Source: Fibrobacteria bacterium
GTDB lineage: Bacteria > Fibrobacterota > Fibrobacteria > UBA11236
DNA: 64,000 bases
Direction of reading: 5' to 3'
NCBI GenBank assembly: GCA_043732185.1
Contig: JAYTHY010000059.1
Span: 1 to 64,000 of the forward strand
Shown here: one piece after another, positions 46,842 to 56,457 of the stretch
Numbering within the stretch: position 1 is the first letter of the stretch
Layout of the letters: the number at the start of each line of letters is the position of its first letter
The notes under the pieces: model-generated
Seen by the model: only the letters and a program-made list of their open reading frames with translations
Databases searched by the model: none
What the model was told of the DNA's origin: nothing
Program-made: the position numbers and the translations under genes

Positions 46842-48332
46842 TCAGAATCCTAGGTTGGTTTGAGCTGTTGGTAAAGTCAACTTTTTAATCCAAACCTTGC
46901 GGAAGCGCACGTCTCTGCCCTCGCTTTGCAGCTTAAGTCCATACAAGCTTGGGTCCAAATGCTCTTCTCCACTATGGTTTGCAAGTCCAGATGCTCCAGC
47001 CCCTAGCAGTTGGTTATTGTGTACCAGCGTACCGTTCCACCAAACCGTCATGTAAGGAGCAGTGGTCATGGTTGACCCAGTAAATCGTGCGCTTCGATAC
47101 GTGATATCAAATGCCTGCCAAGTACCATTGGCCTTATTCTGATTCGCTGTTGGCGTGAACTGATCGACAATTGCACCCATATCATGTGTGCCGGGGATAC
47201 TGGTAGAAGTCGTCGACCAGGATTGGATCTGAATTTCATATCGGCTGGCTATGTACACCCCACTGTTGATGTAACCGGGCTGTCCTGCGGCAAATGGATC
47301 GGTGGCGTTGGCGTTTGGATTCACAGGGTCATATGCAGGCGTGTCATATGCGCCCATGCCGATAAATTCCACGTGGATCTGAGCATCTTGAAAAAGACCT
47401 ACAGTCGCTTGAATATCGTCATAGCCCCAGTTGGTATTGCAACAGCTTTGCAAGGCAACGTGGTTGGTATCGCTTAGGAATTGGGGATCCCGAGCGATGC
47501 GAAACATGATGGGGGAAGGTGTAGAAAATCGCGGCCAGTCCTTCCATTTGAGTTGCAATTCAGCGGTTGCGTCTGTCCTACCTTGCGAGCCGTCGAATAG
47601 CGTGGTGGTTCCCCAGGGCATGCGTGCGCCTACACCAATGGTTTGGCGCATTGGATAACCCAGTACAATATCACCCACGTTCATGGAATCGCTAGTGGCG
47701 ACCGCCGAACCTGGATTGAGTCCGGATTGGGAAACATTTACAATGCCTGCCACTAACCTGGCTGTGACCTTTCGTGTTTTCGGAAGAAAGGCAGCAGTGG
47801 ATAGGAGGATGGGATTTTTCTGATGCAGGACCTTAAAGCAATAAGTTTCTGATTCGCTGTGCACGGCAACGAATCCAAGAAAAAGTCTATTCATTTCTGG
47901 TGAAATGTTCAAATCCTGCCAGCCCACTCGAGTGAATTTATACTTGAGAGTGGAAAGTGTTTTTCCCTGCGTGTTGAAAAAAGTTACCGTAACGATTTGC
48001 GGAGACTTTTTTGTGGCAAACCGAAAATGTCCTGCCGAAAGATAGGGTGGGGAAAAATGGATCAGAGAAGTAGAATCCATTGCGAGAGCGGTAACCGGGC
48101 CGCTAAGGGTGAAAAATCCTTGGGCATCGGTCGTAGTTATAATTGTAGCTGTAGCTGCGGGCATTCCGTCATTCCATTTTACAGTAGCACCCGGTACGGG
48201 TTCACGATTGATGCTATCTATCACACGACCGGTTATATGTATCGGCTGACTTTGGATCTGTATCGGTACCAATAAAAGGACAAAGGCAGTGATCGTGAAA
48301 ATGGATAATTGTGAAAAGGAAAATGCAGGCAT
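46842..48332 (-). CDS. Secreted protein: carboxypeptidase-regulatory-like domain, internal CTD-like domain, DUF1080 (3-keto-disaccharide hydrolase family)
   Basis: ITGRVIDS..PVPGATV; LFDG, IHVEF, NSGVY..RYEIQI, WQAFDI, WNG, LQSEG..VRFRKVWIK. Confidence 0.82.
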   Translation of the reverse strand: MPAFSFSQLSIFTITAFVLLLVPIQIQSQPIHITGRVIDSINREPVPGATVKWNDGMPAATATIITTTDAQGFFTLSGPVTALAMDSTSLIHFSPPYLSAGHFRFATKKSPQIVTVTFFNTQGKTLSTLKYKFTRVGWQDLNISPEMNRLFLGFVAVHSESETYCFKVLHQKNPILLSTAAFLPKTRKVTARLVAGIVNVSQSGLNPGSAVATSDSMNVGDIVLGYPMRQTIGVGARMPWGTTTLFDGSQGRTDATAELQLKWKDWPRFSTPSPIMFRIARDPQFLSDTNHVALQSCCNTNWGYDDIQATVGLFQDAQIHVEFIGMGAYDTPAYDPVNPNANATDPFAAGQPGYINSGVYIASRYEIQIQSWSTTSTSIPGTHDMGAIVDQFTPTANQNKANGTWQAFDITYRSARFTGSTMTTAPYMTVWWNGTLVHNNQLLGAGASGLANHSGEEHLDPSLYGLKLQSEGRDVRFRKVWIKKLTLPTAQTNLGF

Positions 48333-48428
48333 AAACAACTCCTCCAAAAATCCGGTACTCGTCCTAGACTAAAAAAGTAACCCAATAGGCACTTTGGGAT
48401 GAATCCATCAGTATGGAAGATCCACAGG

Positions 48429-49139
48429 TTAGCCGTATTTTTTCCGGTAATCGAATGGCCTAATGCGAAGGTGGCTGTAGAATCGCTTGGTAAAATAGCT
48501 CTGATCGGAATAGCCGCATTGGATCGCAATCTGCCCAATGCTTAAGTCGGTGTGGAGCAACAGCCCGCAGGCCGCGCGAATTCTAATTCGATTTAGATAT
48601 TTGAGTGGCGTTTCGCGCAAGATTTTGCGAAACTTTCTTTCAAAATGAACGATGGATAGGCCGGCGATTTTTGCCAAACCGACGACAGTTAAATGTTCAC
48701 TGTATTTGCGATGAATGTGATCAATAGCTCGGTCCATTCCATGAAGCGGATTTTTTGCATCTTGCACCGGAAGGATTCGGCGTGTAATGCCTGCCGTCCC
48801 AATGATTTGGGCTTTTCCATCGCGCAGCGGTGTTTTAGTAGTAGCGTACCAATTTAAACTTTGGTCTTTTTCCTGCACCAATTCCATTTTTTCCGGCATT
48901 GTAGCGTTGGCATGGAGCACTGCCTTATCGTCTTGCATATAGTCGCGGGCTAGGTGACCGGGTGAAATATCCAAGTCCGTCTTCCCTTGCATTTCAGTAA
49001 ATGATTTCATGCCAAAATGATTGAGAAAGGCTTTGTTCGCGGCCAGGAATCGACCCTCTTTATCCTTAATCCAGAACTGAACATCAGCAAGATTCTCAAA
49101 CAATCCGGCCAGATCCGCTAGATTTCCAAGGTCGGACAT
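48429..49139 (-). CDS. AraC-family regulator with an N-terminal PAS domain
   Basis: FWIKDKEGRF, GKTD (PAS); FERKFRK; CGYSDQSYF. Confidence 0.93.
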   Translation of the reverse strand: MSDLGNLADLAGLFENLADVQFWIKDKEGRFLAANKAFLNHFGMKSFTEMQGKTDLDISPGHLARDYMQDDKAVLHANATMPEKMELVQEKDQSLNWYATTKTPLRDGKAQIIGTAGITRRILPVQDAKNPLHGMDRAIDHIHRKYSEHLTVVGLAKIAGLSIVHFERKFRKILRETPLKYLNRIRIRAACGLLLHTDLSIGQIAIQCGYSDQSYFTKRFYSHLRIRPFDYRKKYG

Positions 49140-49224
49140 TCTTCGGTTCCTATGGCTTAGTTAGGGTAGACATTTATGGTTAAATAGTACCAATTTCAAC
49201 TGCACCTTGCCCACTTCTCTTATT

Positions 49225-50163
49225 TCACACCAATCGGTTTCTAGGATGGAAACTTTTGTGAACTTCCTGTAAGTAAGCGGCATCCAAATGGGTATAGATC
49301 TGTGTGGTGCTGATATCAGCATGACCCAACATTTCCTGCACGGAGCGCAAATCGGCGCCGGCATCGATAAGATGGGTGGCAAAAGAATGGCGAAAAGTAT
49401 GCGGAGACACGGGCGTTTTAATGTCAGCAGTTTCGCATATGGCACGGACGATTTTCCATGCGCCCATGCGCGAAAGTGGTTTTCCAAATCGATTAAGTAG
49501 AAGCGTGTCGGAGGTGGTTCGCGAGGCATCCCTCTCCAATTGCAAATAATTTTTCAGGGTCTGGGCCACTTTTGAACCAAGGGGAACCATGCGCTGTTTG
49601 CTGCCTTTACCTTGGACTAAGACAATTCCATCTTGAGTCTTTACCTGATCCAGTTTTAAACCAATCGCTTCCGATATCCTTAAACCCAATCCATACAACA
49701 GTTCCACCATACAAAGGTTGCGCCACGATCCCTTGGCCTCCAGTTTTACGGAATGCTCCAAGGAGGCGTAGAGTGATTCGATTTCCGCTCTGGTGAGGCT
49801 CGCCGGTTTGTATTTCTGTTGCCGCGGCCCTTCCAGGCCTACCGTGGGATCAATGACAAGAAGGTCTTCATCGGCTAGAAAAGTGGCGTAGCTTTTTAGC
49901 GTCGAAATATATCGGGAAATACTGGTGGCTGCAAATCCCAGATCGATCAGACTCTGGATGAACGCCCTCAGATTATTGAGATTCAGGTCATCGGGAATCA
50001 AATCCCTGTCCATATTTTTCCGGGCATGCCGCACAAATAAATTTAAATCAGAACGATAGGCGGAAACAGTTTCTGGGCTTAATCGCCTTTCCAATTGCAG
50101 ATGGGCTAAATAGCCCTCCTCGTAGGGAATGATAGGTTTGTAATTGGCTAGACCTTCTCGCAT
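49225..50163 (-). CDS. xerD: Tyrosine recombinase XerD-like
   Basis: LERRLSPETVSAYRSDL, GLRISE, GKGSKQRMVP, SPHTFRHSFATHL, LRSVQEMLGHADISTTQIY. Confidence 0.85.
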   Translation of the reverse strand: MREGLANYKPIIPYEEGYLAHLQLERRLSPETVSAYRSDLNLFVRHARKNMDRDLIPDDLNLNNLRAFIQSLIDLGFAATSISRYISTLKSYATFLADEDLLVIDPTVGLEGPRQQKYKPASLTRAEIESLYASLEHSVKLEAKGSWRNLCMVELLYGLGLRISEAIGLKLDQVKTQDGIVLVQGKGSKQRMVPLGSKVAQTLKNYLQLERDASRTTSDTLLLNRFGKPLSRMGAWKIVRAICETADIKTPVSPHTFRHSFATHLIDAGADLRSVQEMLGHADISTTQIYTHLDAAYLQEVHKSFHPRNRLV

Positions 50164-50222
50164 GGGATCCTGAAGCTAAACAATTGAAAAAATATTCCAA
50201 TGGTGTTAATTTAGACCCCTTC

Positions 50223-50295
<73 letters not shown>

Positions 50296-50326
50296 AAAAA
50301 ACCTCAACTTCGGTTGGGGTTTTTTT
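50296..50326. terminator. Bidirectional terminator between tRNA-Lys and SRAP
   Basis: A run, CCTCAAC-TTCG-GTTGGGG, T run. Confidence 0.85.
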
Positions 50327-50351
50327 GTTTTGTCGATTTCACCCCAGGCTG

Positions 50352-51125
50352 TTAGAGGAATAGGTTGCCTTGCTGGCTTTCCGGCCTTGGATCGGCCGGT
50401 TTTTTTTCCACCTCGACAATTTCCATTCTTTCCTCATGGAGTGGTCTACACAGCTGTAAAGCTTCCTCCGGAGTGGTTTTCGGGTCCAACCAGCGCAAGG
50501 CTTCCTGTTCAGTCAATATTAAGGGAATGCGTTCATGCCATATCCCCTCGATTTTGGCATTTCCGCGGCTGCTCATGGTAATAATGGAGCAAGAATCGAG
50601 TCTTTCTGCATTACGCACCCAGGTGTCATAAACGGCTCCTAAATAATAGGTCCCGTCCAATTGGACCTTGTACTCTTTGCCTTTGAATTCCGGGGGTGCG
50701 CCATCCATATTCGGGCGCTCCTTAAACGCATGGCTTGGCAGAACACATCGCAAGCCTTCCTGCCAAGGTTTCTTGAAAGAGGCCAATGAGCGAATTGTTT
50801 CGACACGGGCATTGTAGGAGTCAAAGCCCCACGACTTACCGGTTAAGGGATTTTTGGAACGGGAATTTTTCTTTTTAAGGACTTGGGTAAGGGATAGTGT
50901 CGGTTCGCCAATAAGAAAATCACGTGGCACCAAATCCCAGCGAAAGGGCCGAGTTTGGAAGCGATGATCCTGGAAAAGTACCGCGCCAACCGTGTCTTTG
51001 GCATAGTGAAAGCCATCCTTGCGAATGACGATTTTCCCCTCGCGTTCCAGTCGGAAAAATTCGGCGCGATCTACCCAATCAGTGCCCCCTTCCGTTCCTT
51101 GGACTGGATAAAACCCATAACACAT
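50352..51125 (-). CDS. SOS response-associated peptidase (SRAP/YedK/HMCES family, abasic-site protein)
   Basis: Cys2, RWDLVP, YNARVET, RCVLP..FKE, HERIPLIL, WLDP. Confidence 0.88.
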   Translation of the reverse strand: MCYGFYPVQGTEGGTDWVDRAEFFRLEREGKIVIRKDGFHYAKDTVGAVLFQDHRFQTRPFRWDLVPRDFLIGEPTLSLTQVLKKKNSRSKNPLTGKSWGFDSYNARVETIRSLASFKKPWQEGLRCVLPSHAFKERPNMDGAPPEFKGKEYKVQLDGTYYLGAVYDTWVRNAERLDSCSIITMSSRGNAKIEGIWHERIPLILTEQEALRWLDPKTTPEEALQLCRPLHEERMEIVEVEKKPADPRPESQQGNLFL

Positions 51126-51139
51126 AGGGGTAATCTAAG

Positions 51140-51352
51140 TCACTGCATGACCCGTTTCAACAGCTCAACCCGGTCAAAGGTGAGCTTTAGGGTTTCCTGG
51201 GCTTCGCCAACACTTTGAAAATGCTTTCCAGATTCAGGATGGACTTGGCCTCCATAAAATGGCATAACCAGACTTCGCTTGCCGGGAGACCAAGCAAGAA
51301 CAAGAGTTAATTCCAACCCATCTTTTCTAACAAGCAAGTGGTCTTGAATCAT
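51140..51352 (-). CDS. Small hypothetical protein upstream of SRAP
   Basis: 70 aa, 14 bp from the SRAP start; TATACT-N6-ATG upstream. Confidence 0.55.
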   Translation of the reverse strand: MIQDHLLVRKDGLELTLVLAWSPGKRSLVMPFYGGQVHPESGKHFQSVGEAQETLKLTFDRVELLKRVMQ

Positions 51353-51546
51353 GGTTCAAGTATAGCCCCTGGCAATCAGGAACTTCTAGTTTTTGGCCAT
51401 TATGGCAAGGTAGCTTGCCGAATTTATACACGCTATTTAGATGTTTTTGTGCTTGATTCAACCTTGGCAACGGCGCCTATGCGGACCCTAAAAATGGACA
51501 TGGGGCGTTTAAACTACTTTTTTCAGATTAGAAGAGGATTACCATC

Positions 51547-53286
51547 ATGAAAATCGAAATGTTCTTCAGAAAAAACTTTTGGTTCATTCCAAGTTTTTTG
51601 TTGGTGGTTTTCCTGGGTCGAAGCGAGGCCGCTTTCAGTTATCCGGGTTGCGCTGATTTGGTGGCAGCGGATTTCAAAGATGTGGTGTTGGTAAATACTG
51701 CCAAGGATCCCAGCTTATCTGAACCCGTGGGCATGAGCATCGGAAAGGATGGGCGGGTCTTTTTTACGGAGCGTGGAACTGGAGTCATGAAAATGATCGA
51801 TCTGGACGGCTCCATCAAGAAAATGGGCACCTTTGCGGTGTATAATCAAAATGAATTGGGTTTACGATTTGTTATCCCGGACCCCAATTTTGCGACGAAT
51901 CGGTGGCTCTTTTTTATGTGGGCTCCGACTACTCCAAAAGTGAATCGTCTTTCGCGTGTCCATGTCAATCCAGATTGGACTTTGGATATGGCTACAGTCA
52001 AAACCATTTTGGATATGCCGTGGAGCTATGAAATCTGCTGTCATCAAGGTGGTGCGTTGGCATGGGATGCTTTTGGTAATCTATTTGTATCAGCAGGCAA
52101 TAACAAAACCAATTCCGACCAGTTTTCTGTGACCGATGAACGCACATTTGTTTCCGACAATCAGGCCGGCTCAGCAAATACCATGGACTTCAGGGGAAAA
52201 ATTCTCCGGATCAAGCCTATTTACTTTCCAGATTCCGCCTCACCGACTTTCGGTGTCGGCAGAACATATTCCATTCCATCCGGGAATCTCCGTGAATTTT
52301 ATACGGCCTCTGGTTATTATGGGGCTGCCGATCAGTCTAAAATTTTACCTGAACTGTATACCATGGGCCATCGCAATCCCTATACCATCAATGTGGATCC
52401 ATATACGGGCTGGTTATCCTGGGGAGATATTGGCCCAGATGCAGGGAGTGTGCAAGCAGATCGGGGACCGGCCGGCAATGATGAATTCAACCTAGTCAAA
52501 GCGCCGGGATTCATGGGCTGGCCCTATTTTGTGGGGGCCAACCAGGCATATGTCAAATGGGATTATGTCAATGATAAGAGCTTAAATGTGAAATGGGACG
52601 TAAACAGTCCAATGAATACGTCACCCTTAAATACGGGCGTACAAAAACTCCCTCCGGCACATGGAGCCATACTGCCGGAAAGCAAACAACCAAACTTTAC
52701 ACCCCTGTTACCCCAAGGCGGGGGAACGTGTGCCATATCGGGTCCCGTGTACCGTTATGACGGAAGCAATCCTTCCACCATTAAGCTCCCTCCGCATTTT
52801 AACGGGAAATGGATTGTCGGTGAATTTTCTAAAAACTGGTTGAAGGTTGCGAGTGTCGATACGGGGCTAACAAGAGTTACGGATCTTCAGGATTTTCCGA
52901 CCGCTATTCCAGGTCAAAATTCCATGCTTGGCCTACAACTAGGTCCCGATGGCGCATTGTACTATCTCAATTATGCGGGCTGGTTCAATTCCAGCACCTC
53001 GACAAAGATTGGACGATTGGAATATGTCGGCAAGTGTTTACCGTCTACACCCGTTCCTGTGTTGCCGACGGCCATTCAACCTCCCGCGGTCAAAAGGGGA
53101 ATGGTAATGCCTTTAACCTCTGGTAATGCGTTGACCTTACCACGAGGTTATAGCAACGTGGAGTTGTACACCCTTTCGGGTAAGCGGGTTTTTCAGGGGA
53201 CAATAAAAACCGATGCGCAAGAGCGCACTATAGACCTGCCTGCAAATTTGAAATTGGGACTCTTACATGCGCGGTATCTGCGCTGA
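51547..53286 (+). CDS. Secreted PQQ-dependent sugar dehydrogenase-like (GSDH) protein with a CTD-like tail
   Basis: SD AGAGG; signal peptide; DPNFATN, CCHQGG, RGKILRI, MGHRNPY, GPDGALY; tail ELYTLSGKRV. Confidence 0.88.
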   Translation: MKIEMFFRKNFWFIPSFLLVVFLGRSEAAFSYPGCADLVAADFKDVVLVNTAKDPSLSEPVGMSIGKDGRVFFTERGTGVMKMIDLDGSIKKMGTFAVYNQNELGLRFVIPDPNFATNRWLFFMWAPTTPKVNRLSRVHVNPDWTLDMATVKTILDMPWSYEICCHQGGALAWDAFGNLFVSAGNNKTNSDQFSVTDERTFVSDNQAGSANTMDFRGKILRIKPIYFPDSASPTFGVGRTYSIPSGNLREFYTASGYYGAADQSKILPELYTMGHRNPYTINVDPYTGWLSWGDIGPDAGSVQADRGPAGNDEFNLVKAPGFMGWPYFVGANQAYVKWDYVNDKSLNVKWDVNSPMNTSPLNTGVQKLPPAHGAILPESKQPNFTPLLPQGGGTCAISGPVYRYDGSNPSTIKLPPHFNGKWIVGEFSKNWLKVASVDTGLTRVTDLQDFPTAIPGQNSMLGLQLGPDGALYYLNYAGWFNSSTSTKIGRLEYVGKCLPSTPVPVLPTAIQPPAVKRGMVMPLTSGNALTLPRGYSNVELYTLSGKRVFQGTIKTDAQERTIDLPANLKLGLLHARYLR

Positions 53287-53335
53287 TGGAATTGTGCGCG
53301 CTTAATGCGTCACAAGTACACCTAAAGGTTGGCGG

Positions 53336-55234
53336 CTATTCAAGGTACGTATAGCCGTATAGGCCAGACCGATAGATTGCTAAAAACTCCCGGCCTTCTT
53401 GCTGGGTAATTTTGCCCTCTTTGACGGAAGCGGACACCCACGCTTCCATGGTTCGAACCAAGTTTTTGTCGCTGAACTGGACATAATCCAGTACATCGGC
53501 AACCGACTCCCCGTCGATAACCTGATCAATGCTATAGCCTTCCTTGCCTCTACACGTTATATGCACCGCATTCGTATCGCCGAACAGATTGTGCAAGTCG
53601 CCGAGAATCTCTTGATAGGCCCCGACCAAATAAACACCAAGGTAATAGGGCTCGTCCGGTTTAAGTGCGTGCACGGGCATGCTGCGGGCCATTTCACCTT
53701 GGCCGATAAAGTGATCGATCTTTCCATCGGAGTCGCAAGTGATATCCTGCAAGGTTGCGGATTGGGTTGGTTCTTCATCGAGTCTCTGCAAAGGCAACAC
53801 TGGAAAAATCTGGTCAAAGGCCCAGGAATCCGGCAGGGATTGGAATAGTGAAAAGTTGCAGAAATATTTTTCCGTCAATAATTTTGCGATGCCGGTCAAT
53901 TCCGTAGGAAAGTGTTTCATTTCCCGTGCTTGACGATCAACCTTTTGAGCCAATGACCAGAAAAGTCGCTCAGCCATAGCCCGCGTTTTGAGATCGATAA
54001 TTCCGAGATTAAATCGCTCGAGCACTTCTTCGCGGAGTTGTACGGCATCATGCCACGTTTCCAGCATATTGTTATGCCCAAGGTTTTTATAAAGGGTGTG
54101 CATCTCACGCAAGGTTTCATGGTCTTTGTCGCCGATGACATGCGCCTGATCGTCCCAGAATGGCGGTTTGCCCACTTCCAAAACATTAAAAACCAAAATG
54201 GAATGATGAGCTGTCAGGGCCCGACCGGATTCTGCGATGATGTTGGGGTGGGGTAGATTGTGCTTATCGGACACTTGGCAAATAGTGTAGATGACGTCGT
54301 TGGCATATTCCTGGATGGTGTAGTTGACGCTGCTATTACCTGTGGAGCGGGTACCATCGTAGTCGACACCAAGTCCGCCGCCAATATCGACGAAATCGAT
54401 TTTGAAACCCATCATCTGGATCTGAGCAAAGAATTGGGCAATCTCCCGCAAGCCGGATTTGATTTTTCGAATGTTGGTAATCTGGCTGCCGAGATGAAAA
54501 TGGATCAGCTTGATGCAATGGTCGATGCCTTCCGCCTTCGCGAAATCGAGCGCCTCTAGCAGTTCAGAAGAATTCAGCCCAAACTTGCTTTGGTCGCCAC
54601 CGGACTCTTCCCATTTGCCGCTTCCGCTACTGGCCAGCTTCACGCGGATTCCGATATTAGGGGAAATCCCCAACCGAGTCGCCAGGTTTTTGATAAGCCT
54701 GAGCTCGTTCAGCTTTTCCACTACGACGAAAATCTTTTTGCCCATTTTCTGCGCTAGCATAGCTAGCTCAATGAACTCCTCATCCTTGTACCCATTACAG
54801 ATAATCAGGGATTCCGGGTTGTCCATGATGGCGAGTACGGCATGCAGCTCTGGCTTGGAACCTGCTTCCAGGCCGATGTTGAACTTTTTGCCATGGCGAA
54901 CGATTTCTTCCAACACTGGGCGCTGTTGGTTCACCTTGATAGGGTACACGTTGTAGTACTTGCCCTTATAGCCATATTCCTTGGAGGCGGTGTCGAAGCA
55001 TTGGGAAATTTTTTCGATTCGATCGTCGAGAATATCCGGAAAGCGCAGGAGCACAGGCAGGGCGATGTCTCGAAAGGTCAATTCGTCCACGATCTCTTTT
55101 AAGTCGATCTGGAACCCTTTTTCCCTTTGGGGACTGACGGTTGCATGGCCTTTTTCGTTTACTCCGAAATAGCCGATTCCCCAACCATTAATGTTGTATA
55201 ACTCGCTTGAATCCTCAATCCGCCACTTGCGCAT
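53336..55234 (-). CDS. speA: Biosynthetic arginine decarboxylase
   Basis: YPIKVNQ, GLEAGSKPE, CNGYKD, DIGGGLGVDY, TCDSDG, GAYQEILG. Confidence 0.96.
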   Translation of the reverse strand: MRKWRIEDSSELYNINGWGIGYFGVNEKGHATVSPQREKGFQIDLKEIVDELTFRDIALPVLLRFPDILDDRIEKISQCFDTASKEYGYKGKYYNVYPIKVNQQRPVLEEIVRHGKKFNIGLEAGSKPELHAVLAIMDNPESLIICNGYKDEEFIELAMLAQKMGKKIFVVVEKLNELRLIKNLATRLGISPNIGIRVKLASSGSGKWEESGGDQSKFGLNSSELLEALDFAKAEGIDHCIKLIHFHLGSQITNIRKIKSGLREIAQFFAQIQMMGFKIDFVDIGGGLGVDYDGTRSTGNSSVNYTIQEYANDVIYTICQVSDKHNLPHPNIIAESGRALTAHHSILVFNVLEVGKPPFWDDQAHVIGDKDHETLREMHTLYKNLGHNNMLETWHDAVQLREEVLERFNLGIIDLKTRAMAERLFWSLAQKVDRQAREMKHFPTELTGIAKLLTEKYFCNFSLFQSLPDSWAFDQIFPVLPLQRLDEEPTQSATLQDITCDSDGKIDHFIGQGEMARSMPVHALKPDEPYYLGVYLVGAYQEILGDLHNLFGDTNAVHITCRGKEGYSIDQVIDGESVADVLDYVQFSDKNLVRTMEAWVSASVKEGKITQQEGREFLAIYRSGLYGYTYLE

Positions 55235-55355
55235 CGCGTTCCTATCACCATAATTGTGTAGGACAGCAACTTAATAATTTTCCGTGGAATCGGCCCAAAA
55301 ACAAAGCGCAAGCAGGGCCTTTCTATGCGCACCCTTTGCTGTTTTCGCATTCTGT

Positions 55356-56438
55356 TCAGGGCCACTGTAGCTGAACTGACACCTGATAAATGGAAGAACC
55401 CAAGTCGTGGTGACGGAAGGCGTAATGCACGGATGCCCACCGGTAGGCAAGAGACGCTCCGGCGCTCAAATAGTCGTCATCCACTCCGGCCCTGAGAAAA
55501 AGCAAATCATGAAATCCCCATTCCATCCCCGTAGCCGGATATTTCCCCTGTTCTGATTTCTGCGTAAATCCGATTGCCAAAGTACTGTTCCAGCGGGGAA
55601 AGCCTTCCTCCCAACTACCCGAAAAATGCCAACGACGGGAAAGGTCTTCATATACCGATACATTGCTGAATTCACTTTTTTGTTTAGTAGGTAGCAGTTC
55701 AAATCCGCTGGCCTGAAAGTTTATATTCCGGTCGGAAAGGTGAGTAATGGGATCGTAGCCCCACATAAACTTTACGGCCATACCCGCATCAACATTTAAG
55801 TTTTGCGATAGGTAATCGCCGCCTTCCAATTCCTCATAAAAGTATTTTGTTGTTATGCCCATGCTCACTTGTACCGGGATGGGCCGACTGGAAATATCGA
55901 TGCGAGGGAATTCCAAATCGTATTTCCGCATAAAATTAATATTGGTCATGTAGACCATATCCTGCATCTGCGGGCAGCCAGTACATGGAAGCGGCCGAAA
56001 ACTGGGGTCGTTCAAGCGATCCTCGCGCGTGCCTCTAAGTAGCGGCAGTAAGGAAATATCAGATGTGGCGACGGTCTGACCGAATATGTTAATCAGCGTA
56101 CGCGGGTCCAGGGCGTAGGTAAATGCCCCATTTAAACTTTGGCTCAAACCTCCAAACATGGGCAATGTGGCCATTTCCAGTCGAAAAAGTTTGGTATCGC
56201 CAAAATCTCCCGGATACTCTAGGTATTGCGTCGCAGTATAAAGTCGAGAGGGTAAAGACCCGGAAGTGCCATTGTTGCTCACGCTTGAGCCCAATAGATA
56301 GGCTTCCCCGCTAAAATCTTCAGCGTGGATGGCAGTAGCGGCCAGAAGGATTAAGCTAAATCGCAATACCACGTACCCGGGCTCCGTTCGGAAGCGGATG
56401 GGAATAAAATGCACGGTCTGCACTTGATTCCCGTGCAT
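55356..56438 (-). CDS. Outer-membrane beta-barrel protein, PorV/PorQ-like
   Basis: Signal ending IHA (probable start GTG 56372); alternating beta strands; C-terminal FLRAG..LSAGASL..VHYAF..HDLGS..YQVSV. Confidence 0.6.
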   Translation of the reverse strand: MHGNQVQTVHFIPIRFRTEPGYVVLRFSLILLAATAIHAEDFSGEAYLLGSSVSNNGTSGSLPSRLYTATQYLEYPGDFGDTKLFRLEMATLPMFGGLSQSLNGAFTYALDPRTLINIFGQTVATSDISLLPLLRGTREDRLNDPSFRPLPCTGCPQMQDMVYMTNINFMRKYDLEFPRIDISSRPIPVQVSMGITTKYFYEELEGGDYLSQNLNVDAGMAVKFMWGYDPITHLSDRNINFQASGFELLPTKQKSEFSNVSVYEDLSRRWHFSGSWEEGFPRWNSTLAIGFTQKSEQGKYPATGMEWGFHDLLFLRAGVDDDYLSAGASLAYRWASVHYAFRHHDLGSSIYQVSVQLQWP

Positions 56439-56457
56439 ACATGCACGTGGAAAGATT

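Noticed and set aside
49157..49185. dif-like site (TTATGGTTAAAT) just downstream of xerD
   Set aside because: It resembles only the XerD arm, with an extra base, and there is no XerC arm ending in TAA at 6-bp spacing.
51388..51400. SOS box upstream of the SRAP unit
   Set aside because: The nearby GAACTTCTAGTTT does not fit GAAC-N4-GTTC, and no CTGT-N8-ACAG is present.
51403..51418. Sigma54 promoter TGGCAAGGTAGCTTGC before the GSDH gene
   Set aside because: The GG-to-GC spacing is 11 nt rather than the required 10.
53336..55234. speA as a recent transfer from Bacteroidota
   Set aside because: The N-terminus resembles Bacteroides SpeA from memory, but shared FCB ancestry explains this equally well; it cannot be decided without a tree.
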